Under the pieces are notes generated by a model. It was not told the DNA's origin, did no database searches, and saw nothing but the letters and a program-made list of their open reading frames with translations. Positions 9,457 to 18,191 of a stretch of DNA of 61,649 nt are shown in pieces. This DNA comes from a virus (lineage: Duplodnaviria > Caudoviricetes). Each line of letters opens with the position of its first letter. The first letter of the stretch is position 1. The stretch lies in the IMG/VR virus record IMGVR_UViG_3300033145_000568, positions 1 to 61,649 of that record. The stretch is one strand, 5' to 3'. The translations under genes were made by a program, and so were the position numbers.

Positions 9457-9459
9457 TCT

Positions 9460-11583
9460 TCAAGCAGCAAGATCCTTCCATGCGTCGCCAATATTGATCT
9501 GTGCTGCCGTTACGGTTTTCCATTCGTTTCCAACATTGATCATCATTAACTCCACCTCTTTTAACTCATCTCCAACATTGATTTTGGGATAATTCGGGGC
9601 AGTGGCGGACTCCACGTAATCTATATCCAGATATGGCTTGTTGGCTCCATTCGCTGTTTGGAACTTCAGATGCTCACCATAGCTTGATCCGAATTCCCCG
9701 GTATCGTATAACATAATACAAAGCTTTGTCAGCCCGGTTTTGTTTATTCTGTTTGTTGGGATAGATACTGATATATATGCATTGACCGCCCCGGGAGCAC
9801 CGTGCCCTTCCATAGTTGCCGAGGATACTGTCGCAAATACATAGTAATGATTCTTATCAAAATCCCCAGCCTCAAGAGCTGGGCTGCCTCCTGATTCAGT
9901 GGGATATGTTCCCGCGCCGTCCTGACCCACCTTGAACCCCTGACCGTGTGAAACATAGCCGGAACCCGTATAAGTTGTGTATGAGGAATAAGTAACATAT
10001 AGCTTCAGTGTTGCGCTAGTGATAGTCTTTCCGGTCAGAGAGCTGGTATCAAAATAAAGGAAACCACGGACAAGGTGGCATTCCCAGCAATTGCTTGCAT
10101 CATCACAACTGGAATACAAATCAATTTCTGTCTCATTTGTTAATAAAATCGCCCGGTTGGGATAGGAATAGTTACCTCCATAAAGCCCGCAATCGGAGTG
10201 CTCTATCTCCGCTACCTGGTCATCTGTGCATCGATAATCACCAGCCCCACAACTTGTGAGAGGGGGCTTTGTCCAAATTCCATAGGTGTACAACGACCCA
10301 TCGCCCGTATCTCCGTCAATTGTGGTATTGGTTTCGATCCCTGTCCTGATCACGACAATGCCGCCGTAAACAATATGTCCTCCATCATCCGTTGTCTGTG
10401 CATAGGCACGGCACAGGTAAATCGAACTCTCATCTAAACTGGCTATGTCAGAACTGAATGCACCCTCCGATCCAGCGCCTTCTTGCGTGTATCCTTCAGC
10501 CGTCGTGGGGTTGGCGGGCGTTCCAGGATCGCCTCCTTTTTTGTAAACCACCCCGCGTTGCGTAATGGAATAGCCTTCATCCTCCACAACCGTGCCGTGG
10601 CATGTTGCGGTGGTATCAGTCACAGCTGTTGCATCCTGGGTTGTAACCGTGAACTCCGCCGCAGGCGCTGATGTCGTGAACTGCACTGCATCCCCATAAC
10701 TCGTTCCACTGCCGTTTGTTGCGTAAGCCCGATAGTAATAGGAAGTGGAAGCAGAAAGTCCGGTAATGGCTGCAGTGAAGGTGCCACCAGCCAAGTCAGA
10801 CCCAGTGCTCTTATGGTCTGCACTAGCTATGTCAACAGGATCGCTGCCGTCATCATTCCAAATGACACCGTACTCAGTGATCGCAGAATCGCCTGTGGTG
10901 TTGATCGTCCCATTTCCAGTTGCATAAGATGAGCCGAGGCCAGAGGCAGCATCGGTAGTGACAGTTGGTTTTGTACCATAGGTAATGACAAGTTTTGGGC
11001 GATAACCCCCGCCTTTTTCTGAAGAATAGAAATCAGCGAGCATGTAGAGATTAGGCACAGTGGGTGTGATATCAAGTGAAGTCCGCACGCAGAACTTCGA
11101 TGTGCCCTCCTTGTTAATCCAGTTTGCTAAACCTGCCGCAGTGAAGGTCATGGCTGCGTAACCAGACTGTCCAGTTGCAACTGAAGCCGGATTCGCTCCA
11201 CCACCAGCATATAAGGTCCGATCGAAATCCGCCAGAGCGAGGGACGCGCCCGGATGGTCGGGCTGGCCGCTAAGGAGATAGATATCAAAGCCCCCAGTGA
11301 TGATTCTCAGCAGCCCATTAAGATACAAAGAGACGGAGGCGGAGAGGATAGTAGCATTTGCTGGGATGGAGGATGTATCAAAGTACAGGTATCCTCGATA
11401 GAAGCGATACCTATCCCCAGGATTGGGAGGGTTTATGTATGCTAATCCAACGCGCAGCGTGTCTCCTGCGATGTCTTTTGAATACGCACTAGCCGCATCC
11501 CTCGCATTGGAGAAGTGATCAGCGGTTCTGGCATACATATGTCCGTCGCCTGAACTTGCGTAGATCGTTACTGATGTTGACAT
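9460..11583 (-). CDS. Virion adhesion/fibre protein: DNRLRE-like + FN3 + FN3 + DNRLRE-like domains
   Basis: Two RG(Y/F)LYFDTSS..I.SA.(V/L).LY..(R/K)P.L.I.Y domains flank two (P/F)TVTT..YxxRAYA FN3-like repeats. Confidence 0.7.
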   Translation of the reverse strand: MSTSVTIYASSGDGHMYARTADHFSNARDAASAYSKDIAGDTLRVGLAYINPPNPGDRYRFYRGYLYFDTSSIPANATILSASVSLYLNGLLRIITGGFDIYLLSGQPDHPGASLALADFDRTLYAGGGANPASVATGQSGYAAMTFTAAGLANWINKEGTSKFCVRTSLDITPTVPNLYMLADFYSSEKGGGYRPKLVITYGTKPTVTTDAASGLGSSYATGNGTINTTGDSAITEYGVIWNDDGSDPVDIASADHKSTGSDLAGGTFTAAITGLSASTSYYYRAYATNGSGTSYGDAVQFTTSAPAAEFTVTTQDATAVTDTTATCHGTVVEDEGYSITQRGVVYKKGGDPGTPANPTTAEGYTQEGAGSEGAFSSDIASLDESSIYLCRAYAQTTDDGGHIVYGGIVVIRTGIETNTTIDGDTGDGSLYTYGIWTKPPLTSCGAGDYRCTDDQVAEIEHSDCGLYGGNYSYPNRAILLTNETEIDLYSSCDDASNCWECHLVRGFLYFDTSSLTGKTITSATLKLYVTYSSYTTYTGSGYVSHGQGFKVGQDGAGTYPTESGGSPALEAGDFDKNHYYVFATVSSATMEGHGAPGAVNAYISVSIPTNRINKTGLTKLCIMLYDTGEFGSSYGEHLKFQTANGANKPYLDIDYVESATAPNYPKINVGDELKEVELMMINVGNEWKTVTAAQINIGDAWKDLAA

Positions 11584-11593
11584 AATAGACCCC

Positions 11594-13126
11594 TCAAGCG
11601 GAGTATTTTACCCACAAAGTACCAATAGGAGTGCTGCTCGCGGCAGGGGGCGATCCTGTTCCATAAACAATTCCCACTGCACGGGCGCTTGTTGGTGTGG
11701 AATGGTCACCAACCTCAATGTAACCATCTACATTCAGATTGGTATCGACATCCAAAGAACCAGTCAGTTTCTGATTGCCTGTTACATGCAAGGCTTCTGA
11801 AGGATCGTCGATTGCCGTTGATCCGACAACCAGTTTGTTATCAACAGTGACTTGGTTATGCGCGAAGTAAGGATTGGTCGCGTGCGTAAGCCCTGTTGTG
11901 GTAGGGATGTAGGCGATAAGCGTAGGGGTTGCATCGAACAACGTAATATCTTCACTATGGAAATCAATCCGTACATTATTGGATGAGTCTAGTGCTCCTA
12001 AGTGTGCCACAGTATCATTGATTGAAATTCTCTCGTTCCCGGCAGCAGCAGACGCATAAGTAGCTGTTACCAATAACGTCGCTGGCGAAGGGCTCCATTG
12101 AAGGTTTCCGGTTACTCCACCAAGATAGAAAGAGCCATCCTTCTGTACAGAGAAAGGGGCATTGGCATACGTTGCGTTCCCTATTACCAATCTGTAGTTA
12201 TCATCTCCAGCATCGATAGCTATTATGTCGTTTCCTGTGCCCGCGACGATTTTTGCATTCATTGCATCAAGTGTAAGAATCGCTTGTGAGCCACCGAGAA
12301 GCAGGATTCCATTTGCAAGATCAAACTGCGAACCTTCGGCCACTGCCCAGTTAGCTGATTCAAGAACGCCCGCTCTTATGTAATCTGCGATGACCATTGG
12401 GGCATAGACCATCAGACGCCAAACCCCGCCATCATTGTAACCTATGATGACATCTTCTTGCTCAAGTGATGGGGCAACATCCGTAACCTGGAATGTCGTT
12501 GTTGATAAGCTGTAATCCCACCAAATGTACTTCTTATCAGTGTTACCGTCCGCGATTGTGTATTTGTTGTTCTTCCAGTAAAGAATTACATTTGACCAAG
12601 CGACGGAATTGGTGTCTGGGGAATCTTCTGTCCAAATTGCATCTCCGCCAAGTCGGTGCGCCCACAGACCTGCGTCTTCTGGCTCTGTAGATGCAGCTTC
12701 ATTCGCTGCCCCCGATTTTTCATTAGACAAAGCCGACCAGTTATCGTGTGAATCTTGAACACGCACAGCAACATAGTGCGTGTCTACGTCACCCGGCCCC
12801 CATTGAAGCGTCTCTCCAGGCGGGAAATCAACATAGTCATCGTAGATGTCTACTCCAGCGTCCGTGCTGTGATGCATACGGATCTTCACAATCTCTGATT
12901 GAGCCAGAGCGTTCCCATCTGTGTCTGTAGTAGGGAGGCTGATGTTGAGTACCAGAATGCCCGCTGTCTCTACTGGCGCTACCACAGAATCGATCACAGG
13001 GGCACTTGCGAGGGTAGTCTTCTCTGGCACTTCTCCGAAAGTCGGTGTTGAGAAGCCAGAATGATGAGTAACAATCCCTACACATTCACCAAGTGGTAAT
13101 CCTTGTGTTGCTATTGCTACAGGCAT
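11594..13126 (-). CDS. Tail protein (FN3-like domain plus fibre-like C-terminus)
   Basis: HYVAVRVQDSHDNWSALS FN3 strand; APFSVQKDG fibre motif; position in the tail module. Confidence 0.7.
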   Translation of the reverse strand: MPVAIATQGLPLGECVGIVTHHSGFSTPTFGEVPEKTTLASAPVIDSVVAPVETAGILVLNISLPTTDTDGNALAQSEIVKIRMHHSTDAGVDIYDDYVDFPPGETLQWGPGDVDTHYVAVRVQDSHDNWSALSNEKSGAANEAASTEPEDAGLWAHRLGGDAIWTEDSPDTNSVAWSNVILYWKNNKYTIADGNTDKKYIWWDYSLSTTTFQVTDVAPSLEQEDVIIGYNDGGVWRLMVYAPMVIADYIRAGVLESANWAVAEGSQFDLANGILLLGGSQAILTLDAMNAKIVAGTGNDIIAIDAGDDNYRLVIGNATYANAPFSVQKDGSFYLGGVTGNLQWSPSPATLLVTATYASAAAGNERISINDTVAHLGALDSSNNVRIDFHSEDITLFDATPTLIAYIPTTTGLTHATNPYFAHNQVTVDNKLVVGSTAIDDPSEALHVTGNQKLTGSLDVDTNLNVDGYIEVGDHSTPTSARAVGIVYGTGSPPAASSTPIGTLWVKYSA

Positions 13127-13142
13127 ATTGCCTCCTTATTCT

Positions 13143-13310
13143 TCATTCTACTGCTTCTACACCCAAGATTTCTTCATAGATCGCCATCCGCTCGCGCAAC
13201 TTTGCCACAGTCTTTTCGTTCGATACAGGGCCGCGCTCTTTCAGCGCTTTCTTTGCCGCCTTGCGTTTCTCGGATTTTCCTTTCGCTTCGACAAGCTTTA
13301 TTACCTTCAC
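13143..13310 (-). CDS. Small basic protein, 55 aa (not in ORF track)
   Basis: GTG start after AGGAGG overlapping the previous stop; MKVIKLVEAKGKSEKRKAAKK... Confidence 0.6.
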   Translation of the reverse strand: MKVIKLVEAKGKSEKRKAAKKALKERGPVSNEKTVAKLRERMAIYEEILGVEAVE

Positions 13311-13813
13311 AATGCCTCCTTTGCGGCTGCTCCATCTTGAATAAGCTTTGTAGCCACATCATTCCATTTCTCAAATTCAGGTGGCGGAGGCGTCCCAGTT
13401 GCATTAAGAAGTACACCCAATGTCAATCTAGCTATACCAAGCTGCTCTTCTTGCCCCGCAAGGGCATTCATTGCTATATTAATAGATCTGCCTGTTTCTT
13501 GATCAATAATAGCTTCCTTCTCTAATGCCGTCAACGTCTGTTTATCATGCTTGGTCTCCCAGAGCGTCTTGGCTACAAGCAGCAATCGCGCTTCCTGAGT
13601 GAATAGGAAGGCCGCTACGCTGTCACGCGATCCCTCGTAGGGCACCACAAACCGAATCTCGTCGTACTCCCACTCTTGACGCGCGCCGTTGTCATCCTCT
13701 ATCGTAATTTGCCTTACGTTCCAGTGAGCCGAGATATGCAACTGTAACCCTTCGTCTGTTGCTTCAAGCTTCCAGAGCCGTAATGTCTCTGGCTGTACGG
13801 TTGATCGTGTCAT
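13307..13813 (-). CDS. Protein coupled to the DGR RT; possibly a fibre-assembly chaperone or RT accessory
   Basis: ATGA overlap with the RT stop; beta-rich N-half (EWEYDE), helical C-half; not Avd-like by eye. Confidence 0.6.
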   Translation of the reverse strand: MTRSTVQPETLRLWKLEATDEGLQLHISAHWNVRQITIEDDNGARQEWEYDEIRFVVPYEGSRDSVAAFLFTQEARLLLVAKTLWETKHDKQTLTALEKEAIIDQETGRSINIAMNALAGQEEQLGIARLTLGVLLNATGTPPPPEFEKWNDVATKLIQDGAAAKEAL

Positions 13814-14892
13814 ACTCCCAGCCTCCTTGCACACTTCCTGAGAGGGTTGCGGAAACCCAAAATAGCGGAAGCGTCATCCATAATTGCCATGATCTCTTGA
13901 TCGTCAAATAAGTATTTTCGTGTTAAGTTGTAGCCGTTACAGTGTTTGATCCAGCCAGCGCGAGCCATGATTGCGCTAACCACGTGCTCCGGGGGCAGCT
14001 CAGGCCAATGCTGTTTGATTGTCGCAAGCTTGGTCTTGAACGATCGCACGGATCTCTTCCGTAGGAGCGTATACTTTCGAAAGGTGCGGTATCCAAGAAA
14101 ATCAATTCCACGTGCATCTACGGGATAGATCTGAGTCTTCGGGTTCAGGGAAAGATATAGGTTCGTCTTGAAATAGGCAGCGATTGCTTTGTGTATTGCA
14201 TTCAAGCGTCGCTTACTTCCGTCCAGAATCACGCCGTCGTCTGCGTAACGGATGTAGTATCGTGCCTTCAACGTCTCTTTGAGCCAGTGGTCGAACTCGT
14301 TCAAGTAGATGTTTGCAAAGTATTGCGAGAGGTAATTTCCGATCGGAATCCCCTTCCCGCTCTCAGGGCTCCTAACGATGTTCTCAAGCAGCCATAGAGT
14401 ATCAGAACACTTGATCTTTCGCTCGATGAGTCCCATGAGAATGTCTTGATTGACCGAAGGATAGAACTTGCTTATGTCGAACTGCAAACAGTACCGCGTC
14501 GCTCTCTCGTTCTTGAGAAATCCTCTCAAACGATTAAGTCCTGCATGAATGCCGCGACCAGGAATTGCAGAGTAAACGTCTGTGATAAACACTCTGTCCC
14601 ATAATGGGCCGATCACTTGCATCACGGCATGCTGGACGATGCGGTCAGGGAAATAAGGGAGCTTAGAGATCTCCCTCTCCTTTGGCTCGTGGATCAAAAA
14701 TCGCTCATAGGGCGCTGTAGTGAACTGCTTCGACACTAAGAGCTTCTGGATCTTCAGCAGGTGCGGCCTTGGGGCCTTATCTACCGCTTGAACCTCAGCG
14801 ACGCCCGTCTTGCCGCGTCGCGCTCTTAGGTGTGCCGACAGTAGATTGTCGTAAGCCAGTATCTTTCTGTACAAGTCGCCGTATCGTTTCAT
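13810..14892 (-). CDS. DGR reverse transcriptase
   Basis: DRIVQHA, FDISKFYPSV, GIPIGNYLSQ (DGR-type SQ motif), YIRYADD, GIDFLGY; adjacent TR/VR pair. Confidence 0.96.
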   Translation of the reverse strand: MKRYGDLYRKILAYDNLLSAHLRARRGKTGVAEVQAVDKAPRPHLLKIQKLLVSKQFTTAPYERFLIHEPKEREISKLPYFPDRIVQHAVMQVIGPLWDRVFITDVYSAIPGRGIHAGLNRLRGFLKNERATRYCLQFDISKFYPSVNQDILMGLIERKIKCSDTLWLLENIVRSPESGKGIPIGNYLSQYFANIYLNEFDHWLKETLKARYYIRYADDGVILDGSKRRLNAIHKAIAAYFKTNLYLSLNPKTQIYPVDARGIDFLGYRTFRKYTLLRKRSVRSFKTKLATIKQHWPELPPEHVVSAIMARAGWIKHCNGYNLTRKYLFDDQEIMAIMDDASAILGFRNPLRKCARRLGV

Positions 14893-15031
14893 AGTAAATG
14901 CGGGGAGTCCATTAAGACAAGACGTTCCCTTCGGGGTACTAGCCTCACCTTGCTTTTAGTTGTGTGTTTCACCGCTACGGTGAGGATAAAGTCGCTGTTC
15001 ATAGAATGTCCTCCCCGCGTAACACCCTGAG
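14893..15031 (-). ncRNA. Structured DGR spacer RNA downstream of the TR
   Basis: Inverted repeat gcggggag(14900-14907)/ctccccgc(15011-15018) encloses the hairpins TCACCG-TAG-CGGTGA and CCC-GAA-GGG. Confidence 0.55.
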
Positions 15032-15138
15032 CTCCAGCCGGCACCCAATATTACGATTCGAATTGGACGCGACATTGTTCGAATTCAGGTAACTGAGACC
15101 AGCATTCGAAGCGTTATTCCAGTTGCCGCTTGCCAGCA
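15032..15138 (-). repeat. DGR template repeat (TR)
   Basis: 107-bp near-copy of the VR; rich in AAT/AAC; all 18 mismatches are at TR adenines on the coding strand. Confidence 0.96.
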
Positions 15139-15218
15139 TTCGCGTCTTTACCCTTTTGTTCATCAGTTTATTCCATCCTTCAGAGTTGCTTCTCTCGCCA
15201 CACTCGCATCTGCTTTCA

Positions 15219-16514
15219 TTAGCCTATGAACTCCAGCCGGCACCCAACATCACGAGACGAACCGGACGCGACAAAGCCCGAATACAGGCAACTGAGACCA
15301 GCATGCGAAGCGCAACTCCAGTTGCCGCCCGCCAGCAGTATGTTTACTTCGCCAGCATCGTGGGCGTAGAAATAGTCGGGAATATACGTGCTATCAGAGC
15401 CAGCTACGGCTGACGCGATCAGCAGATACTTGAGCGCGGCCTCGTACACAATATTACTGAGGTAGCCGTCCGTTGTTATCGGCGTCGCTGTGCTTGCGTC
15501 GTAGTCGCCACTACCCCACACAGATGGACCTGAGTTAGTCCAGCCGCCGGTTGCTTTCAGGATGTGGTAGGCCGCGTCCACGGCCTCGTAGCCGTCAATG
15601 AATTTCCACGCGTTTCCCCAATGATTCTCGATCCAGCGATAGGCGATCGGGACTAGACCGTCTGTGCCTGTGCCTGTGCCAGTGCCGTTGTCGCCCAGGT
15701 TGCTGTTGATTGACGAGGCGGCTGTAAGTTCACCCGCAAAGCCTGTACCGCTTGCTTTGTCTACAATGCCGCGCCCGATGCCAGTTTGCGAGTCCATGTT
15801 GCCATATTCGATCATGTAGAGCATCTGAATAGCAGCCATTGTCCAGATATTTTCAATACCCCAATGTGAGCCGATATTCTCTGCGTAAGTGCGAGCCTGG
15901 TCTATCGTCAAGGAATCGCTTGGGAGGTCTGGATACGGTTCCCCTGTCGTGCCGGTCACTGGCTGTTTGCCTGAGCGTGAATGCAGCTTGAAGGTGCCAC
16001 TATCGTCGTATCCATCTGCTTCATAAGCAGCTACGTAGATATAATCAGCAGGAGCCGAAGCCGTACGCTGATTGAAAACAGGATGCACTTCAAAGCCGCT
16101 TGCGGCGTAGTTGGCTATCCACCAGCGATATTTATTGGCTGAGGTCTCTTCCGACTTGACCCAGAACTTCGGTATCTGGACCATAACACGCCCGTTCGTG
16201 CCGTCTTCCTTGTAGCCCGCGTCGCCGTATACGTTATTTATTGATCCATCCGCCGCCATGTTCACGCGACGCATTCCAGCCCACGGCAGGAAATGATCGA
16301 ACGACGCCCTGGCAAGTCCGCCCCATTCAACGCCGTCAGCATCTATGCGTGTCCATGTATCGGTGCCCTGATTCCATTCAACGCCAACAATCAGATCTAC
16401 CTGTTGTCCGATGTCGTTAGTAGTGGCCTCTCCATTGCTATTATAGACGCGAACGCCTGGCATCTTGGCGTATCCCTTCATTGTCCCATCTGCTGCGAAC
16501 AGTCGCGTGCCCAT
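15219..16514 (-). CDS. DGR target, Mtd-like C-type-lectin-fold receptor-binding protein
   Basis: C-terminal VR with GGxW...GxRL; VMVQIPKFW, YMIEYG, IENHWGNAWKFIDG motifs. Confidence 0.9.
   Translation of the reverse strand: MGTRLFAADGTMKGYAKMPGVRVYNSNGEATTNDIGQQVDLIVGVEWNQGTDTWTRIDADGVEWGGLARASFDHFLPWAGMRRVNMAADGSINNVYGDAGYKEDGTNGRVMVQIPKFWVKSEETSANKYRWWIANYAASGFEVHPVFNQRTASAPADYIYVAAYEADGYDDSGTFKLHSRSGKQPVTGTTGEPYPDLPSDSLTIDQARTYAENIGSHWGIENIWTMAAIQMLYMIEYGNMDSQTGIGRGIVDKASGTGFAGELTAASSINSNLGDNGTGTGTGTDGLVPIAYRWIENHWGNAWKFIDGYEAVDAAYHILKATGGWTNSGPSVWGSGDYDASTATPITTDGYLSNIVYEAALKYLLIASAVAGSDSTYIPDYFYAHDAGEVNILLAGGNWSCASHAGLSCLYSGFVASGSSRDVGCRLEFIG
15231..15337 (-). repeat. DGR variable repeat (VR)
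   Basis: 3' end of 15219..16514, encoding LAGGNWSCASHAGLSCLYSGFVASGSSRDVGCRLE. Confidence 0.96.
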
Positions 16515-16837
16515 TATGAGACCTCCACGCCATAGACGGTGTAAGTCAATGAGGTAGCTGCTGATCCCTCAGCTTGTAATGTGTCCCCGGTCTCCATCGT
16601 AAAGGGGCCATCCATCTCCAACCAACCACCAGCCTCAATCGTAATCGAAGGAAGAATCGCGTTCGTGTCTGCGTGCCCATCGTGCCACACCTCAACGGTT
16701 CTATTTGAGATTGATGTGTTCACGATCACTATCAGCTTTACGATAGCTTCGGTGCTCGCCGGTACCGTGTACATCGCATCTTGAGTACCAGATCCAGTCA
16801 GCACCCCTTGGCCTAGTTTCTTGTATGCGTTTGCCAT
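16514..16837 (-). CDS. Small virion adaptor protein between the fibre and the RBP
   Basis: MYTVPASTEAIVKLIVIVN..METGDTLQA..VYGVEV beta-sandwich pattern. Confidence 0.6.
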   Translation of the reverse strand: MANAYKKLGQGVLTGSGTQDAMYTVPASTEAIVKLIVIVNTSISNRTVEVWHDGHADTNAILPSITIEAGGWLEMDGPFTMETGDTLQAEGSAATSLTYTVYGVEVS

Positions 16838-16838
16838 A

Positions 16839-18182
16839 TTATCCTCCTAAAAAGAATGCGAATGCTTCGGCAGATGCGCTATCTCCGCCGATCCCAGCCG
16901 CCCATGAAAGAACGCTGCTCCCATCCGACACAAGATATTGCGTTCCTGTTGAATCCGCTATAGGCAGGGTCCATATTACATTGCCGGCGAGCGCGTCCGA
17001 CGCCTTGAAACCAACATAATTGGTGCCCCCGCCCGCAAGCTCAAGGAATCGGATTTCGCCCGTTTGCCCTGCGCCTGTATTGAATGGACTGATTTGAATA
17101 GCGTTTTGTGTGTTCAATCCTGTCAATCCAGTGATATCAGTGTTGATACCATTTGCCGCAGCCCCGAGTGTAGCCAGAGCTGTTGCCGCACTCACGTCAT
17201 CAAGAAGAGTTTGAGCAAAGGCAGTGCAATCAATCATTCCCACAGTCCCTGCACCCGTGCCAATGATCATCTTATCATCGGCAAATGTGAGCCCAGCAAG
17301 TGCAGCAAGCTCGTCATCATAGGCTTGAACATTCGTGCCGATAACAAGACCAAGTGTAACTCTTTGCGCAGTTGCATTTGTATCATCAAGCAAGTCTCGT
17401 CCTGCGGCTGTGCAAGCAATTTCCTCTACCGTTCCAGCTCCAGCAGTTGATCTCCCCAGCAATTTGTCTGTCGCACTCACATCCTGCATTTTGTCGTAGG
17501 TGACAACATCACTATCAATCGTCCAGGTTGCGCCTGAAACGGAGACAGTAATATCGCCCTTATCGCCGTCGCTTATCCCTGAGCCTAGTTGGATATCCAT
17601 CCCAGCATCATCAGTAAACCATAATGTGTTTGGTGTGCCAGCCTTTACCCATATCTGTCCTTTATCAGCTACATCTGCTTCAGCCGCTGCTTGTTCTGTC
17701 AGGAAAATAACCCCAAGATTCGTAAGATCCTGTCCATTCAAATCGAATGCTGCAGTTGCCTGTCCTGAGAGAATTGTCATGACTTCAGTAGGGGTCTTCG
17801 TTTCTGGGGTATTATCTGCCGTCGCATATAAGAATGTTGTTGCATCGAAATCAGCTTCCATGACTTGCCCTGTGTCTACTGCCCCGATCATGGAATGATT
17901 TTCATACATCTCATTCATGACCGTGAAGTCAAGACCGCTCTTAGAAAAGACGATATCGAGTTCATAATCGCAGCTTGCCAAGGTTTCTACATCAACGAAG
18001 AAGGCCCATACACCCTGTGCGTTTGTGTCAAATGGATTTGTCTTTGCCTCCGTTCCTGCTTTGTTGGCTTTTAATGTAACCTTTGTAGTTGTTCCTGCTT
18101 TGTAGACGGTAACGGCAACGCCACCAACCTGGCCTTCAGAATCAGTTACAATTCTACCTGTTCGCCTTCTCCAATCAGCCAT
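16839..18182 (-). CDS. Tail fibre protein
   Basis: NPFDTNAQG N-terminal domain; Gly/Ala/Thr-rich fibre repeats (LLDDTNATAQRVTLGL, LLDDVSAATALATLG). Confidence 0.8.
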   Translation of the reverse strand: MADWRRRTGRIVTDSEGQVGGVAVTVYKAGTTTKVTLKANKAGTEAKTNPFDTNAQGVWAFFVDVETLASCDYELDIVFSKSGLDFTVMNEMYENHSMIGAVDTGQVMEADFDATTFLYATADNTPETKTPTEVMTILSGQATAAFDLNGQDLTNLGVIFLTEQAAAEADVADKGQIWVKAGTPNTLWFTDDAGMDIQLGSGISDGDKGDITVSVSGATWTIDSDVVTYDKMQDVSATDKLLGRSTAGAGTVEEIACTAAGRDLLDDTNATAQRVTLGLVIGTNVQAYDDELAALAGLTFADDKMIIGTGAGTVGMIDCTAFAQTLLDDVSAATALATLGAAANGINTDITGLTGLNTQNAIQISPFNTGAGQTGEIRFLELAGGGTNYVGFKASDALAGNVIWTLPIADSTGTQYLVSDGSSVLSWAAGIGGDSASAEAFAFFLGG

Positions 18183-18191
18183 TTCTGCCTC

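Noticed and set aside
13810-14892. RT as a group II intron, retron or Abi RT
   Set aside because: No maturase or endonuclease domain; the SQ motif and the adenine-specific TR/VR pair identify a DGR
14999-15163. 54-aa ORF running through the TR (MNKRVKTRMLASGNWNN...)
   Set aside because: A TR is expected to be open in the VR frame; the SD is weak and there is no evidence of translation
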